From NCBI GenBank assembly GCA_010909165.1, contig MU008185.1:682001-746000 (forward strand): DNA of 64,000 bases, in the 5' to 3' direction. The notes beneath the pieces are model-generated. The model made no database searches. It worked only from the letters and a program-made list of their open reading frames with translations, and had not been told where the DNA came from. Positions within the stretch are counted from its first letter, which is position 1; every line of letters begins with the position of its first letter. This document shows positions 60,891-64,000 of this stretch, piece by piece. Source of the stretch: Anthoceros angustus (lineage: Eukaryota > Plantae > Anthocerotophyta). The translations under genes were made by a program, and so were the position numbers.

Positions 60891-63800
60891 GTGGCGCGAC
60901 TTTTGCTGACGGCCAGCCGGGCGCGCACAATCCGTGTCGTTGTAGGAAGAGTCCGTTCCCAAGGAATGGTCTCGTGCTTATTCTCACCGAGCTCTACGAC
61001 CTCGCCTCGAACGGGACTTCATCGGGTTGGGTCGGCGGCTCCACAACCCTAAGTGTGTGCCCCTCCACAACTCGTCGGACCGGGCCCCGGACCTTCCCAC
61101 AAACCCCGCGGTTGTCTCGGTTACCTAACAGTTTAACGACGCTGCCCTTCCGCCCATGCATTTCCAGCGCTCAACTCGTCCGCCACAACTCCACCTCAAC
61201 ACACACGCCCCACGACTCTCCCTTATCCATTCCCTCGTAGTCACAACACCAACACGCGATGTATTCACACCGCCTTTGTCCCCTCGCCGCTTCACGTTGC
61301 GGAGAAGTGGCTTCGCACCGCATCCCCACAGCCTCCGCTCCAGCCTCCAAGGATGGCTTCCGCCCAGTCGCCCCAAGCGCCCCTAATCCTCCTCCGCCGC
61401 TTCACGCTCATGGAGAAGTGGCTTCACTGCATCCCCACAGCCTCCGCTCCAGCCTCCAAGGTTAGTCTCGCACCAGAAATCACCCATGAGCACCTCCGAG
61501 CTCGGTCCGATGCGCACCCATCAAGCGTGTTGGCGGGCTCGTCACGAGCTCTAACACATCCCTCTACCACCAATTAATCACCTGCGGTGGCGAGAACTCA
61601 CTCCGCTCCTCGAGCACGGAAGGCAAGAGCACACGGAGCGAAGATGGTACCGGGATAGTCTGCCGTCTTGGGCGGGCCTTCCTATACTCCCATACCCTAA
61701 CCTAACCCGCCTATGTATGTCCTAACTCGCTATGTATGTACCCTAACCACAGGTCGTGTGTAACGGGGCGTAGCTCATCACTGCCGGACTTCTTGCATTG
61801 CTTCCCCAAGCAGTAGATCCATGCGGCGTGCCCAAACTAAACCACCGGCGAGACCACTCGGTCGGACTTGGCGAGACCTCGCCGGACCTCTCAGGCAGAC
61901 CCTCCACCACGGACCTCGCCGGGCAGACCACTCCGTCGGACCTCGCGGGCAGACCACTCCGCCGGACCTCGCCCGGATGACCACTCCGTCAGACCTCGCC
62001 CGGATGACCACTCCGCCGGACTCGCCGGGCAGACCACTCCATCGGACCTCGGGCAGACCTCCATCCGGACCTCGCCCGAACAGACCACTCGTCGGACCTC
62101 GCCGGACGGACCACTCCGTCGGACCTCGCCGGACGGACCACTCCGTCGGACCTCCGAGACGGACCCTCCGTCGGACCTCGGACGGACCACTCGTCGGACC
62201 GCCGACGGACCACTCCGTCGGACCTCGCCGGACGGACCACTCCGTCCTCCAGCGGACAGGGTCTAGGGATTGCCTTGTAAGTGCAATCGGCCGAAAATGG
62301 CCTTATTGACTAACTCCTCCCTATCCCTCTTAAGACCAGAAAAGCAAAATAAGCCGCCAAAATGCGGACGCCGGTTGGCACTCCACCTACTCCCCTTCTC
62401 ATCTGTTGGCGGCCTCGCCAACACCCAGCAATACTCCGCTCTTTCGTGGACTCTCCCTTCTCCTTTTTACTACCTCCTCGGTGTCGTGAGTCCCGCACAT
62501 TGGGAACCTTTTTGCAAGATTCATCCTCCGTTGAGGATGAGTCGCCCCTCCTCCTCCGAGGTTGATGTGCCGTCCTCCCAGCGCCGTGCCCATCTTCTTT
62601 CTCCCTTTGAGCATCTTTGGGCCTCCCGCTAGATTCGCACCCTCGGCGTCCGGTCTGTGCATCCTCCCTGCCCACTCCACAAAGCCGACCATTACACCCA
62701 TCCACAACCGCAATCGGCGTGATCCTACTCCTACCTACTAACTCAGGCGGTCCACAAGCAATACCATTCCCGGCAGCGCCAAAATGTGGCGCGACTTTTC
62801 TTGCCTGACGTAGCGCGCACAATCCGTGTCGTTGTAGGAAGGAGTCCGTTCCCAAGGGAATGGTCTCGTGCTTATGCACTGAGCTCTGACCTCTCGCTGA
62901 GCGGACTTCATCGAGTTGGGTCGGCGGCTCCACAACCTAAGTGTGTGCCCCTCCACAACTCGTCGATGGTAGCCGGACCTTCCCACAAACCCGCGGTTGT
63001 CTCGGTACTAAGAGCAGGTTTAACGCGTTCGCCGTCGATCTACGTACTCTAGCGCCCGGCGCTCCTCAACTCGTCCGCCACAACTCCACCTCAACACACA
63101 CGCCGTAACCCTTCTCCCTTATCCATTCCCGGCTCGTAGTCACAACACCAACACGATGTATTCACACCGGGCCGCCTTTGCCTCCGGTGCTTCACGTTGC
63201 GGAGTAACCTTGGCGACTGCATCCCCGACCTCCGTTCCAATGACCTCAAGGATGGCTTCCGCCCGGTGTGCCGCCCCTAATCCCCTCCGGGCTTCCGTCC
63301 TGCGGAGAAGTGGCTTCGCACTGCATCCCCGACCTCCGTTCAGCCTCCAAGGTTAGTCTCGCGAGAAATCACCCATGAGCACCTCCGAGCTCGGTCCGAC
63401 CCGGTCTGCACCCATCAAGCGTGTTGGCGGGCTCGTCACCGAGCTCTAAACACATCCCTCTACCACCAATTAATCACCTGCGGTGGCGAGAACTCACTCC
63501 GCTCCCGAGCACGGAAGGCAAACACGGAGGCGCGAAGATGGTACCGGGATAGTCTGCCGTCTTGGGCGCCGCCTTCCTATACTCCCATACCCTAACCTAA
63601 CCGCCTATGTATGTATCCTAACTGCTATGTATGTACCCTAACCACAGGTCGTGGTAACCACGGACGTAGCTCATCAACTGCGGACTTCTTGCACGGTACT
63701 TCCAAGTAGATCCATGCGATGCCCACCAAACTAAACCACCGGCGAACCACTCGGTCGGACTTCGCCGGGCAGACCACTCGCCGGACCTCGCCGAGCAGAC

Positions 63801-64000
63801 CACTCCACCGGACCTCGCCTCGACGGACCACCTGCCGGACCTCGCCGGACGGACCACCCGCCGGACCTCGGACGGACCACTCCGCGGACCTCGCCCGGAT
63901 GACCACTCCGGACCTCGCCGGACCACTCACGGACCGCCTCGACGGACCACTCCGGACCTCGCCCGACGACCACCTCGGACCTCCCGGACGACCACCCGCC
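60891..64000. repeat. Tandem ~1.9-kb GC-rich repeat (copies start 60891 and 62786), each ending in a 27-bp GGACCTCGCCGGACGGACCACTCCGTC subrepeat array
   Basis: Collinear similarity over more than 1.2 kb with offset ~1895; subrepeat arrays at ~61850-62250 and ~63740-64000. Confidence 0.9.

Noticed and set aside
61821-62309. 27-bp GGACC array as a possible CRISPR, and its RTSPDGPL-type ORFs
   Set aside because: Units are contiguous with no unique spacers, there are no cas genes, and the context is eukaryotic.

Overview
Eukaryotic, intron-containing land-plant DNA. Introns are mostly 60-130 nt and genes are tightly packed, which suggests a compact hornwort- or Selaginella-like genome (inference; the species cannot be read from the sequence). 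No CRISPR, rRNA or prokaryotic operon was found. Host genes in order: an EPF/EPFL-family secreted peptide with STOMAGEN-like features (+); an 8-exon Lys-rich Elongin-B-like ubiquitin-fold gene (-); mitochondrial ALDH2 (+); a NERD-type PHD-SWIB-Plus3-GYF-CCCH gene (-); a 487-aa intronless orphan (-); two paralogous MGCxGS-starting ORFs (+); two tandem double-domain adenylate-kinase-like genes (+); an intronless receptor-like cytoplasmic kinase (+); a twin-CX9C COX23-like gene (+); DEAD-box helicase RH36 (+); an OPR/old-yellow-enzyme gene (-) head-to-head with tRNA-Thr(AGT) (+). Transposons: a decayed TIR-bearing Mutator element with a nested solo-LTR-like insert (4.4-10.3 kb), a Ty3/gypsy element with a nested full-length Ty1/copia (22-33.5 kb), a second gypsy/copia nest with an inverted-repeat-bounded insert (54.7-60.9 kb), and a 1.9-kb tandem repeat at the end. 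Best candidates for something new: (1) the 34.8-43.5 kb block of orphan, N-acylation-motif and active plus pseudo adenylate-kinase genes, possibly a sperm-flagellar module; (2) a peptide intermediate between EPFL and STOMAGEN; (3) a probable dicistronic COX23-RH36 arrangement; (4) an OPR whose start codon is 15 nt from a divergent tRNA; (5) an Elongin-B paralogue split by a ~200-aa insertion. All exon models and alignments were read by eye; no database search was run.
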